Part shown: one piece after another, positions 12,720 through 25,800 of the stretch
How positions within the stretch are numbered: the first letter of the stretch is position 1
Layout: each line of letters starts with the position of its first letter
NCBI GenBank assembly: GCA_965655095.1
Contig: OZ296657.1
Location: 7,688,001-7,752,000 of the forward strand
DNA length: 64,000 bases
Source: Haplodiscus bocki
Lineage: Eukaryota
Reading direction: 5' to 3'
The notes under the pieces: generated by a model
The model's database searches: none
What the model saw: only the letters and a program-made list of their open reading frames with translations
What the model was told of the DNA's origin: nothing
Translations under genes and position numbers: made by a program

Positions 12720-14690
12720 GTTATTATAATGCGCCCCGAAAAAAAAGGCGCAGTCGGGAAAGGAATCTACAACAGACGTTGACTGGAAAGATTCAAGCAG
12801 TACACAAAAACAAAATAAACTTCAGACAACGTACCGTCAATCGAAGAGGGGCAATAATTGATACTGATGGTAACACAAAAGAAGACAAGATACAACAAAT
12901 CTTTCTTTAGTTTTGGGAACCGAAGTAGCACACTCAAAAATGAAAGCCAAATACTGAACAGAAGCGGACAAAATCAAAACTGGCAAATTACAAAGTCTCT
13001 ACACCTGACAATTGTCATCGAAGAGAACAAAATACATCTACTCAAGAGATTTTTCTGGGCGAAACATTATGACACGGAAACACCGAAGACAAATGAGAGA
13101 AAACTGGGCGTAGATTGCGATTTTCCAGATTCCAGCACCTATAATTACTTCCAACTTTCATCACATCAATTACCGGTAAAAAACTTCGGGGAAAACCCAG
13201 GAAAGAAAAAAAACATGCACCGAAAGCGCTTTCAAAAATTCAACAGAGGCGTACGTCAGAAAGAAAACATACCACAATATGAACTGAAAGAAAGAACCTG
13301 TAGATATTGCACCGTACCGAATTTCAACAAACCCTTTAGTTGCCGAGCCCGAGAATAAATGTTTCAGGAACAGTAAAAAAGAAGGACTCTTCGCAATAAA
13401 ACATGCAAATTTGAACAACGAAATTGAATATTTAAAAAACAAACCTCAGGAAATCAAAGACAGTGACTAGGAGAAATCAATCAACATAATGACCAATATC
13501 AAAGACCTAATGCTTTATGACCACGGAAGTTACATGACAAATGTGGAGACAATTGACGGAGCCGAGACAATTTTTTGTTGACACTGGATAACCTGATGCA
13601 ACAATGCTACTGGACAACGCAGCAACAAAGAACAAAACAAATTCTGTCAGTAAACGACAAATACCAGTACCTCACCAAGAGCGCTATAAAATTCATCGGT
13701 AAAATCGAGGTACGAGCAGAAAGTTAAAAAATCAGAAACACTATCAAAACTCCTATACTGGTAAGAAAAAGAAAACAGGGCGATACACTGAATGGACTGG
13801 CCACGTGAATTTGTTTTGACCATGTAAATTATCCACAAAGTGACGAGCGGACCTGACCAATCAGAAAAGAGCAAAGTAAAATCCGAAGATTGAGGACTAT
13901 TCAAAAGCAACTCAACACTAAAAGGAACCAACATTGAAATATATTCAAATTTCCAATACCCTCAGTTTCAAAAAGTGGACCGATACCATACATTTCGCAA
14001 AAACATGTGCAATATGAAATGAACAGGTTAAACAAGATCGGGCAAATGGAAAAAAATTGAAACATGGAAAGAGATTGTTTCATATCTCCGGTTGTACCCC
14101 TTACAGAAAAACAAATCAGTGGAAGGCTTTTCAGATTGAAAAGTACGGAAAGCTGGCTTTATCAAAATGAGACCCCATTTACTGAACAAATAAGCAGTAA
14201 TGAACCAATTATTCTCAATGAAGTTACAAGTTTAATCGATTTGGATATCACAAATATATTTTGAAGACGCATAGGGTTAACCGAAGCTATCCGAAATACA
14301 ACCGGATCAGCAACCTTGCTATAAAAAGGGAAGGCATGAACGGATATTTAAAAGTGAACAGCGAGCGAACTATAAGTTTTATCTGATATCCCGTCAAAAT
14401 TCCAAGAAGAAGTGGACCGAACTTTCCAATACTGAAAACAAAGACCAGTTTGGCCAGAAAAGGTATTAGTGCTAAAAAAGGGAGAGAAAAAGAAACACAA
14501 AACAATTTTATTCATCCAACTGAAAGAAAGAAAGGGGCTTGGTGTGAGGCAAGTTAGAAAGAATACAATTCCTCCCTCATAAAGACAACCGTGTTGAGAA
14601 ACGAGAAAAACGAATGAACCCTCGAACAAAGAAAAACAAACAAAATTGCAGTTAAACCCACAAATAAAAAGAACTAAAATCAAATCTGGG
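12720..14690 (+). mobile_element. Decayed Ty3/Gypsy gag-pol remnant
   Basis: Degenerate gag knuckle (RTCRYCTVPNFNKPFSCRARE). RT N-terminal segments across frameshifts: EMNRLNKIGQMEKIE, DCFISPVV, KMRPHL, IWISQI, LSDIPSKFQEEVDRT, PVW. Confidence 0.7.
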
Positions 14691-14714
14691 AGCTATTTAT
14701 TAAGGATAATCAAA

Positions 14715-15060
14715 TTTTAATGTGGTGTTCTCTGAAACATTGATGTTTAATTGATATTCCATTGATGATTCCTTGATAATCCTCTCAGGAAACCTTGATG
14801 ATTGCGATGGAAGCTTTTGAAATCAATGATGTTTTCATTGTGTTCATCACTGAAACATCAATATTTCAGTGACTCTCAGATGATTCTTAGAGGTAACATT
14901 GATTTCGATGAAAACATTGAAGATCATTAAGCATTAAAAGCACTTCATTTGAGAACATCGAAGCTTTCCTATTGTTTCATGCATCAATGACTGTTAATTC
15001 TTAATTTATGGTAACAACAGCAGCTAAAAGGAAAGAATAATAAATGATAGCACTGTGACG
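14715..15060. repeat. TGATG/CATCA-rich subterminal-type repeat, related to 16500-16779
   Basis: Recurrent GAAACATTGATG/CATCAATG motifs in both blocks. The second block ends TCTGGGGTA. No matching left terminus found. Confidence 0.4.
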
Positions 15061-15739
15061 TGAAAATTTGAAGCAAACGAAAATATTGGACGCATTAAGG
15101 TTAGAACTTTGCAAAAACAAAAACTTGGACTGAGAAGTCAACTTTTTGCATGTTCAAATTACGATCAATACCAAGTGGCCACAACCGGGTCATTGAAACA
15201 CGCAAGGCTACCACATGCAGGTGCAACTTCAAAGACCCATCCTTACAAAAAAAAACAAATTATAAAGTACCGTACAGAAACATGTCTTTTTTCTAAAAAA
15301 AAACTAAAGTTCTCAGATCAGAGAAAAAAGAGAAGAGCAATTACTCCTGGCATTGGAATAAAACTCAGACAAATACACAACCCCAGAAAACAGCAAACAG
15401 ACAAGGATCTGCAAAACAGATTCAGAAAAAAAGAACTAAAGAAATGTTTAAGAGCAAATCAGTTCAAGACTGTCGGAACTTTTGCAAAACTCGAACTAAA
15501 AGTCAAGTCCTTGCATGCTCACCTACTGTGCAGTCTTGGTTGATCATGAAATGGTCATTGACGCTCGCAGGGCTACCACGTCCCAGCGCAACTTCAAAGC
15601 CCCATCCTTACAAAAGCTACAAAAAAGAAGGATCATCCATTTTCTCTGCACAAGTGAAGTCAATATTGAGAAAACCAGCTATGATTTTTTTTGCTGAAAG
15701 TCCAAAATTGATGAAAGTTTTGGAAAACAACTTTTTTGC

Positions 15740-16360
15740 CTAAATTGTACCTCTGGAAATGTAGAAATCAGTTTTGACAACAACAGTAAGAACTATTGTT
15801 CCAAGTTCGAAAATTTTATAAACTTATGGACTTCTTCGAAAGCAAAATCAACCAAAGTGTGCATCTGACTATGTAGAAAACTCTTTTGAAAACTACAGGC
15901 ATAAATTTTCTGGCATATTCCGAAAATAAATATAAAGTTATCACACTTTCAGAGTAAAAATTTCGCCCAAAACATTCGCTGGACAGAATGAAAACATTAT
16001 TTTCAAGACACGAGCCGAGATTTTTCGCCAAAAGTTCAAAAAAATCAAAAAATCGCAATTTTTCTAAGGATAAAAATTCACTCCAAATGTTCCTCGGAAC
16101 ACCTACAAAACAGTTTCGAGAACAACAGCCAAAAAATTTCTGCTCAAAAATCGAAAAAATTCATTAATTGATATATATTCTCTCGAAAACCCTGACTCCC
16201 TAAATGTTCCTCTGGACTCGTAGAAATCAGTTTTGAGAGCACCAGCCGAAATTTCTTGCTGAAAGTGCGAACACAAAATCTACATTATAAAGTTTTTTCG
16301 CCCAAAATGTTCCTATGTACTCACAGAAATCAGTTTTCAGAACATCAGTCGAAATTTTTT
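15740..16360 (+). repeat. Degenerate tandem repeat, ~115-bp period, about 6 units
   Basis: Core AAATGTTCCTCTGGA-CGTAGAAATCAGTTTTGA recurs near 15742, 15855, 15970, 16085, 16202 and 16305. Reverse-complement units occur at ~32160 and ~32820. Confidence 0.75.
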
Positions 16361-17155
16361 CCTTCAAATTTTCGAATTATTGCTCTTTTGCCTTTCAATA
16401 AACTCTTTGACAAATATTTTTGCCCAATTTGATTGATAATGATGAGATTTGAAAAAAAATGTAATTTATTCCTTTGAATTCAGCCATAGAACACGTAAAC
16501 CTAGCTCTTTTCTCATCGGTCATTCATCATTGTTTCATTGATGATACATGTCTCATCGATAAATCTTTGTTGTTTCACTGATGAATCGTTGATGTTCAAT
16601 AGAAGGAACACCGCTAGCTTCAATGTGAAAAAATATTGAAAGCATGGCTGAAACATTGATGTAACATCAAAAAGTCATAAATATTTACGATGTTCTATGT
16701 CCAATTGATACATCTTTGATGTTATTGATGACATCATTAACCTAATCATCAATATTATCAATGTGTTCTCGTCTGGGGTATAAATTTACATGAGTTTCCG
16801 AGCTCAGAGATTCAGTTGCGTCGACGAAAAATTTAAGTCAACGGAAGCATCTGTATTCCAGTTGGCAATGTGTTCACATTCATATTAATGAGAACTTTGA
16901 GTTTTTTCGTAACTCAAATAAGAATACAATCAATATTGAAAGGGAATTATGATGTTTGATAAAAAAAACCAAGCACATATTTTAGAATTTGACGCCAAAA
17001 CTTAAAATAAACAAAACGTGGGTCAAGCTGGGTTTTCAAATTGTCGTTTCATTTAGGATCCATTTTGATTTTGAAAATGAATGGATTGGTTTGCGGTCAA
17101 AGTCTTTTTATCATTATTATGTTGATGACCTTTCCTGGTTTCATTTTTGCAATAG

Positions 17156-17873
17156 AGGCGAACCTGCGAATAACTATCCTTTTTTCGTTCTCATAATGAG
17201 GAATCACGAACGCTGTGGAGGAACGATTATCGCGAAAAATGCTATTTTAACTGCTGCTAACTGTTTGTATGATCAAAAAGAAAAGCGATGGGCCTATGCA
17301 AAGGAAGTTTTTGTTCTTCATAGTGATTTTTCTTCTCAAAACAACTGGCCTTCAACATGCTGCTCATGTGACCATTTTGTAGCACATGAAGCCGATGCAC
17401 CTGAAAAGTACGGTTGGATTAAGCCGTACGATATAGCGATAATTAAACTGCACACGAAGTTAAACTTAACCAGTGCTCGCAAATCAAAATTGAAGCCCTG
17501 CTACAACGATTTGCGTAATTTCGAAAAGGGATATTTCATTGGCTTAGGATTGATTATTCAGGATCCCGACACACAACCGGAGCAACTGATGCAAGTTGTT
17601 TTACAAGCTGTCACAACTTGCGGATTGTACAACAGGGGACATGGAATCATTGTTGAAGGACTCCAAGTTTGTTATAGTTTTCGACGGCGAGCAGCGTGCA
17701 CTGGTGATACAGGAGGGCCTATTGTTCACAAAAAACAATACCGAACACGTTGTTTGATTAGCATTTCCAGCTATAATTATGAACAGTGTGATCATCCGAA
17801 CTATCCTAACGTCTTCACAATTGTTCGCCGTTTGAAGCGTGGATTCAGAAACAACTTTCAAAATTGTAATTAA
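17156..17873 (+). CDS. Trypsin-fold (peptidase S1) serine protease homolog, predicted catalytically inactive; intact frame, first exon not found
   Basis: YPFFV..RCGGTII...ILTAANC (His to Asn), YDIAIIKL (Asp kept), ACTGDTGGP (Ser to Thr), YPNVFT. Lies within the 294-aa ORF 16989-17873; candidate acceptor tttttgcaatag at 17155. Confidence 0.8.
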
Positions 17874-18198
17874 TTGCAACATCCCACTAACTTGAAAGAA
17901 GATGGCATCAAAAGCATTGATTTGTTGAATTTGTCGTCCAATCATTTTTCCTGACTCTAATACGAATCAAGAAAATCAGTAGACTGATTAAAATAAAAAA
18001 CAATAGTCTTATATTTGTTCATTCAGCACCAGGGAGTATTACTTATTTCATTAAATTTTTACGCATTGAAACTTCATTGAATCCTTTCGAGAACGAAGGT
18101 TGAGAAATGTGAAGTAAAGTCCAGATTGATAATCAAAACCTGAGATAAGGCATGCAATGAAATGAAAAAATCAAACTTCCCTACTTCACTCTAAACCA

Positions 18199-19831
18199 CA
18201 CTGTAAAACTGGCGCGTGCAAAATTGCCTGCAAATGCAGGTAACTTTACATGCAGTTCGCAGGTAAAAAGGTCCCTCGCGCAGTTTACCTCGGTTACAAG
18301 CAGTTTACCTGTAAATACAAGTAAACTTACCTGCTTCGAGGCGGCAAGCACCTCGCGCAGAACACACGCGAATTGCCTGCGAGGGCATGTAACTTTACCT
18401 GAATACCACAGGCATTTTACAGGTAGTTTTACATTCGGAACTCATGCAAACTTGCCCGCGACTAGCATGCAAAATTGCCTGCTTCTGCAGGCAAAATTGC
18501 AAGCAACTTACAGGCAAAAGAACTAGAATCGCAGGTAAAAATACCCGCCAAACGCAGGCAAAGATAACTGCAAACGCAGGAAAAAATACCCGCACAATCG
18601 CAGGCAAAAAAAAACTTGCAATGCCACGCAGAATTACCTGCAATTGGAGGAAATCTCCTATCACACCGCGGGTAAATTCTCCTGCAAATTGCAGGTAAGT
18701 TAGCCTGCATCATGCAGGTGAAGTTACCTGCAACTTACTTGCCTTATTAACTGCTATCGCGTGTATTCTGCGTGAAGTGCTTGCCGCGTAGAAGCAGGTA
18801 TAATTACCTGTTTTTACAGGTAAACTACATGTAACGCAGGTAAATTGCATGTGGGGCCTTTTTAACTGCGAATTGCAGGTAAAATTACCTGCGTTCGCAG
18901 GCAATGCAACCTTGTCGAAAACCTATCATTATTTGCGGGAAAGCAGGAAGGGAAGACGCACAAACATAGGAAGCAAAGTTGCAATGCATTGCTAAAGCTC
19001 ATCAATCGATATTACAAAAACCTATGGCTAAAAAGTACAAGCATTTTCAAAGAGCAGACCAGAATACCTCTTAAATTAAACATCGAAAAAATTTGATGTC
19101 GTCAAAAAAGAATAACAATTGAACATATCTTGCAGATTTCAGTCCATACAGATAAAAAGTCAACGAAAGAATCCATTTTCCAACAAAAAAACCACAAAAT
19201 CAATCCATTCGTGGTCAAATCACTTTTGGAATCCAATTGCAAACGTTTCCGTCAAAGTGCAATAGGAGAAAACGTCAATCTAAAACATGAAACAGAGCAG
19301 AAAAAAACGCATTCCAATAACAGAGGTAACTACACCCATCATTACAATGAAGTAAAAGAGAAGCTGTAACCGGTTTCCTTCATTTATGTCTGAACCATAT
19401 TTGAACACCAGGTCAATGACATGTATGCATCTCAAAATGTTCAATAATTTTTTCTAGTCTTCGCAGGCCAGAAACACATTTCAGGCACGCGCAGGGCCAC
19501 CAACGAGCAGGTGCATTAACAGGCTCCATTAACATCTTTCAAAGCACAATTATTACAGTATACGAAACAGAACATCAAAAGACAGTCAGCAGAAAACTTG
19601 GAAAGCAGACCGTTTGGTTTTGAGAAGTAATCAAAAAGTTTTACATCTATTTCCAAGAAAAATAGGCTGCAAGACGAAAAAGACAAAACGTAAAGTTGCC
19701 TTGATTTCCTAAAGCTTATCAATCGATAGTACAAAATCATATGGCTAAAAAGTACAAGCAATTTTAAAGAACAGACCAAAATACCCCTCAAACTAAACAT
19801 CGAAAAATTTTGACGTCGTCAAAAAAGAATA
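18199..19831 (+). mobile_element. Truncated copy of the CACTGTAAAA family inside intron 3
   Basis: CACTGTAAAACTGGCGCGTGCAAAA at 18199 and fold-back arm to 18905. The internal ~720-bp unit starts to repeat (19000-19110 recurs at 19718-19831). No right TIR. Confidence 0.85.
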
Positions 19832-22800
19832 ATTGCAAAAATTACGTTTTGTGCTGAGAAGTGTCAAATATTGAATCATGGATTCTGAATGGGCCTTGTA
19901 CAGTTTCTTTCTGTACTTTCCTAACTTTCACTGCATAACCTTTTTTTATACTGAATTTATTTATCGAACAACAACTGTCATTACGGTTTAGAATTTTTTG
20001 AATCAATCTGCAAAATTTATCTACAAAAATTAGTCCGAATAAATGACAAAGAGAGAATACGCCTCATTATGTATGTTTTTTTGTTACATTATGTTATTTT
20101 GCTACAAAGATACAGGACTATCCTTAAACTACGATTACCTGTCATGCCCTAGAAGGATGGAAATATGAAGTACATAACATGATTGAGCGAATAACCTATG
20201 ATCTATTTATGAAGCCCATGACTTATTTGGTATCACAAAATACAAAACGACTGATTCAATTTTACTTCCACAACACGATAAAAACTCCACTATGTAAAAC
20301 TTTTTTCTTCCCGTCAGTTTTGAAAGCGACTAAGTATTATATATATATATATAATAGTTTCTAGGGAACTACATTGGCATTACTGCGCACAGATATACAC
20401 TAGAGTCACGCTACTTGACTTAACAGTTATGTAACGTTGCAGCCACTGCATTAAACTTTCATTCAGTGCAATACACATTAGTAAAGAAATGAGTTCTCTT
20501 TTTCGGGTTGGGGTTTAAATATTTCATACCCAATCTAAGCACAGAGCTATCCAGCGAGATATATGGCTCAAGCTGTACAGCCATTGTTTTCAGATCGATC
20601 TCAGAGCGCAACATTGAGCAGCCAGATTTATCTTGAAAGATATTCTTGAATATTCACCGCCATAATCAGTAATTACTGTTGTCACGAACAAAAGGCAACT
20701 GTGTGATTCTAATGAGAAAAAAAAGACATGTAATTGAGGCCATTGAGATCGAACAAAACTGAATCTGATTTTACGACAACTGCGCGATATCAATGACAGA
20801 CTTCGCTAGCTAGTCAATAATGCTTTATGAATTTTATAATTTGATATTAAATCCTTCATCATCTTAAATCAAGGTAAAACTTCAGAGTAACTTTTGCATG
20901 TGAGTGACCCCTAGATTGAAGAAGTTTACACACTCTAGAGTAGCAATGCAACGCATAGTTTGAATGATCAAGGACTAGTCAACGTCAAAAATGCTAAATG
21001 CCTTCGTAACGTCAGAGGAAGTAGTCGGCAGATTGGAGCGATGACTGATCCGTTATACACACAGTTAGTGCTATTGTGCGATAAGACGAAAGACTTCAAA
21101 CAAAGCCACCTGAGTGGCTGGAAAGACACTTGTCGGTTGCTCCAACGCTCGTTAAGAGCCCCCCATAGTATGTTTGATATAAGGGTCCGGGAGAAAAGAT
21201 ACATATCATAACAAATAAGTGAAGGTGTAAAATGACTGAAAAGTTTTGAAGATTTTATTTTGGGGTTTTCAAGTATCTCTCCCAGCCTCATGCGAAAAAC
21301 TTATATTCTCCCACAATCTGATACAATTGCATTGACAAACTTTGATTTCCATACCGTTCCTCACTGACATTTCGTGCTATAGGCATTTTGCTTTTCACAA
21401 AATACTTGAAAAAATGATATTGCTCCAGGAGTTTGTCAACTCAAAAACTGTTTTTGAGAAAGCCATGATTGTTTTCATTGCAAATGACTGAGGGTCCATT
21501 TGGTTGTTACAAATTTTGAGATCAAAACTCTAGTATGGACTTCTATGCAGCCCCAAAACTTTCCTTCAAGCTTGTCAATTAAAAAAAGTTGTGACTTCTG
21601 CTTGTCACTGATAACATTGAGCAATTAACACTCGTCAACGCTACTGTATAGGAAAAATAGCTATATCCCACGGTTTCTGATGACGTAGAGACGATTATGA
21701 GGTAGAAAATAAACAGAAGAGATGAAAGCGTTTTCAGGTTTTCGAACCTGATTTAAAACAAGTCTAGCTGAGAAACAAAAATTTGTCGACTCCAAAGTGA
21801 GCTGAAAACGGTCGTCGCTTAGCAAGGGAATCTCAACAGGAGCTGAGAACGCAAAGTTGATTATGAAGGCATTGGTTGAAAAAAAATTAATCTGGAAACA
21901 AAACAATCTGTACAAACAACCGAGCTTTTTTGATAAATTCACTCAGAAAAACTGATCAAAAGCTTTTTCGTACTACCAGGCCATCGCATGAGAACTGAGA
22001 GGAGGCTGAAAAAAATGAAAGTTTACAACCGAGGCATTCATAGCTGAATGATGGGAATCGTAGTTCAATACAGCAAAAGGCAAAATCATGGGAAAAAAAA
22101 TGCTCAATACAACCAAACATACCCCCAAAAGATCTCCCTTTCCTCTGCGAGCAATCCAGTTGGAATCACGAAGCTCGGTTAAGTTTTATTGTTTGCGCAA
22201 AAGCATAACACGTCTTCACAAAACTCTTGAAGAAATCTATTGTCTGACATTTTTTGGCGAAGAATTGAGAGAATTTTCCTCGGAGTCAAAAACTGTACCG
22301 AAACGTTGCAGCGCTGTACACATTACAAAACGCACTCCTCAATTTATGTGATGTCAATCATACTGAGCCATGCTCAAACCATTGGCTTTTAGACAATGCA
22401 GAACAACGTTTGAAAAATCTTTTTTATTGTAGAAATTTCTGGCAAAATCTGGGGGGGATTCAGAAAATTTTCGGCTGAACTACCATTGGAAAAAAACTTT
22501 GATATTTTCTTGTTTAGGTAGAATCGGTATGTCAAACAAGGCATACTAGGCCAAAAAGGTGCGATAAAGTAGCACTGGCCTTCTCAAAAATGCATGGGTT
22601 TCCAGTTGTTATCGCCAATACATCAACGTCGAAATAAAATTAGGCTGCGAAAAACAGTAGCCCAGTCAAATACGACATTGCTAATGCAACCAAGCAAAAA
22701 GCAAAACACAGATCTCCTTAAAACGAGTAGAGAGAGTTATCGCAAAGAAATCAAACGCACTGGGCAATGAGACGCCTATTAACTTTGTGTATAAAACTTC

Positions 22801-25800
22801 CTAAATTTACCAACTTTTGACAAAAATTAACCGTTAGAAAGAATGACGGAAAATTATCTCACCAACCCGCTCTCTACAATGGTTCTCCGAGATTTAGTGC
22901 AAAAACGAGAGTTAATTAGAGCTTACAGTAAAGACAAGGCTGCAGAACAAAGCTTCTGCCCTCTAAAAGAGCCGAAAGGTGAAGTTTTTATCAACTAACT
23001 GGTCAAAGAAAAACATTGACTGCCATAAAAAAGGCATATAATAGATCAAAAAACCACGTAAGGATTTTCCAGAATTCAAAATATTGCGACTAAAAGATTT
23101 AAACTCAGATATAAACAGATGAAGCGCAGAAGGATAACAGGGACGGGAAAAAAACGGAAACAATCGGTCTGCTCACCTATGTAAAGTGAGGTACGTAAAG
23201 TCTTGCAGGTGACAAAAAATGTTCATTTCTGAAGATAATTGCGTAGCACCCGACAAGTGAATTTTTTTGGAGTCAATGTTCAGATTTGATTCCCTGGGCG
23301 GCTCTTTCCGTGAAACGTTTGTACTTTTTCGAGACTACCCATGTTTCTGTTTGTTCTGCTGCTATCTTCTTAGAATCCGCTCGAGTGCCCCTAACGTAGC
23401 AAGTTTTCGGAAAAAAATGAAGATGAACTGTTTCTTGCCACGAAGAGCGGGTAACATCGCCCGTACTTTAGAAACTTTAAAGAAAGAGAGCTGCTAAAAT
23501 ATGATAACGTAGTTCACATGTCAGTTTTGAAGATATTTTACCGGAGGAAAACAACAGATCTCGCAAAACTTTTCAACTAAAACATCAGTTAACTTATTAA
23601 ATTTCCAAAAATCTGATACCACAATCTTTCGAAAAGAATTAAGGTAACTGCTGCTAATTTTCCACCAAACACCAGTAGCCACCGTTCTTTTTGCGTCAAA
23701 TTACGGGGCTTTTTCCTCTCTCTTTCGTCCGCCTACGAGCCTTTATCATAGGAAAGTTGTTAAAGAATTTGACGCTGGTTGTCTTTCGCAAATAGTGAGT
23801 TGCAAACATAATACTACAAAGAGTTTCAATCCCATGCTTTGCGGTTAGTAACTTTTTTTGCGAAATATTCTTTGCCTTTCGGGCCCACTTTTGGGCAGAC
23901 GGCAGTTGCTAGTAATTACATACGCATAGCACCAAAAGGAGCATAGCAAAAATAATATATAGTGACTCACCATTTGAATGGAATGAGTCAGAATTGAACG
24001 TTTCAAGGTATCAAAAATTCAACCCAATGGTGAAATGCGTGATACGTGCTCACAGCATGGTTGGTATGCAAAGGTTTCTGATTTGCTACCACGCAAAAAC
24101 AGATCTGAGCCTGCCTGGTACCCGAGTGACATTCCCTGACATCTTGCCACCCTACTTGAATACTCTGTCATATGAGCACCATTCTGGCAAAGCATTCACT
24201 CTGAGCTATAATCCATTTGGCTGGGTGAAACTGCAAATGTACAGTCTGCTGGTGTAACGAAAGTTATATGAAAAGTTTCCTTTAAACTTGACGGGAACTA
24301 CTTCTCGCACTTGCTGCCTTCTGACAGTCAGCGTACATCTCTATCCTCTATAAACTTTTCCTTCTTCCTAAAAAATTGAAATTCTTCTTTTTCGGTTTCG
24401 GAAAAAGTCCAAGACAAAATATGCTTCACAAAAGTCTTAGAATTACCGCAATGTTTTTCGTTGAAAAATCTTCCAGGACAAACTTCCCTTCACAAAAGTC
24501 TTGGAAAAATTCGAATTGCTTATTCTTGGAACTATTCCATGACAGAAGTCTCATCGAGAAAGTCTTAGATTTCTTCCAATTTCTTCTCAATGCGACTTCA
24601 AGGAAAAGGACTACTTCCAGAACCTCAGTTTGAAGTATTCAACGAGCTCTAAAAAACCGGGTCACCGGTGGGTATCAATATAACGTACTCCGCTTTCTAG
24701 AGGAAAGCTTATCTCTTTTAATTTCAGGAATTGGGGTATTAATCTTGTCACGGCAGACTGCGATAGTATTAGCGTGATTTCTCAGGGATTACTCTCAGTT
24801 CTCCTTCTTTATATAAGATACTACGACTTACCTGAAAGATTTACTAATCCAGTTTTCCATCAGAAGTCAGATACATTGATCAACCAATAGTGAGCTACTG
24901 GAAATTTTAGAGCTCTCGAAATAATGGCTCTTCCTTTGCAACTTACTTAAAATGAGTATTTTTAGGGCAGATTTTGATCGGGAACTAAACTAGGTTTGTG
25001 GAAACCTTCCTCCATAACAATTTTAGGGTTTACCAGTGCAAACTAAAAATCAGAAGTTTTGGATAGATTGATTCATTAGGCGAAATACTTTGTCATAGCT
25101 ACAAAACAGTTAGTTCCTAAAAATAAAAAAAGGTGCTGAAAACTGGAAAAAGTAAAAAATACAACTGTCTGCTTGAGCCAAAATCAAAGAGAATAGGAAG
25201 CAACTCACCCGGATACCCAACTTAGATTATCTCATTTTTTGCCGGGATTAGTTAGTGTCATTTTTGCCGTAGCTGTAAATCAATGCAGCGCTACTATTTC
25301 AAGATTTTGACCCGTGTGCAGCAGTTTTTTTTATAAAACGTAAACGCCCAAGTTGTTCAAAAATTTCCAGAAGATACTCGGGCCAAGAAAAAATTACTTC
25401 AACTGGAATAGAAATGTAACAGAGTGACAGATCGATCGAACCCTTCCACTCCCAAATTCCATTTTTTTGACCCAGCATTTATCGAAAAAAAAGCTTCGTT
25501 CAGACAAACTTTGAATGGTAAACTTTCCACAATTTGAAAACTTTCTTGCATTTCGTAAACTCATCTTTTTCTCAACTCCTCAAAACTTTGCTTGCAAAAA
25601 CACGCAACACTTTGTTCGCGCGGTCCGGCCGGGAATCAAGTTTGAATAGCTTTTGAAACTTTGAGATTTAGACTTATTTGCTCAGTAACGGCTGCCGAAG
25701 ACCCTCAGCTCAAATATGTAGGGTCAGCGACACCACCGAAACAACTTTGACACTTTAGGTCGGGAAGTAGTCAAATAATTCGTACCCCATTCACCGCCCG

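Noticed and set aside
16989-17155. N-terminal part of the 294-aa protease ORF
   Set aside because: Non-ATG start, no signal peptide, and homology to the paralog begins only at the acceptor region; probably intronic.
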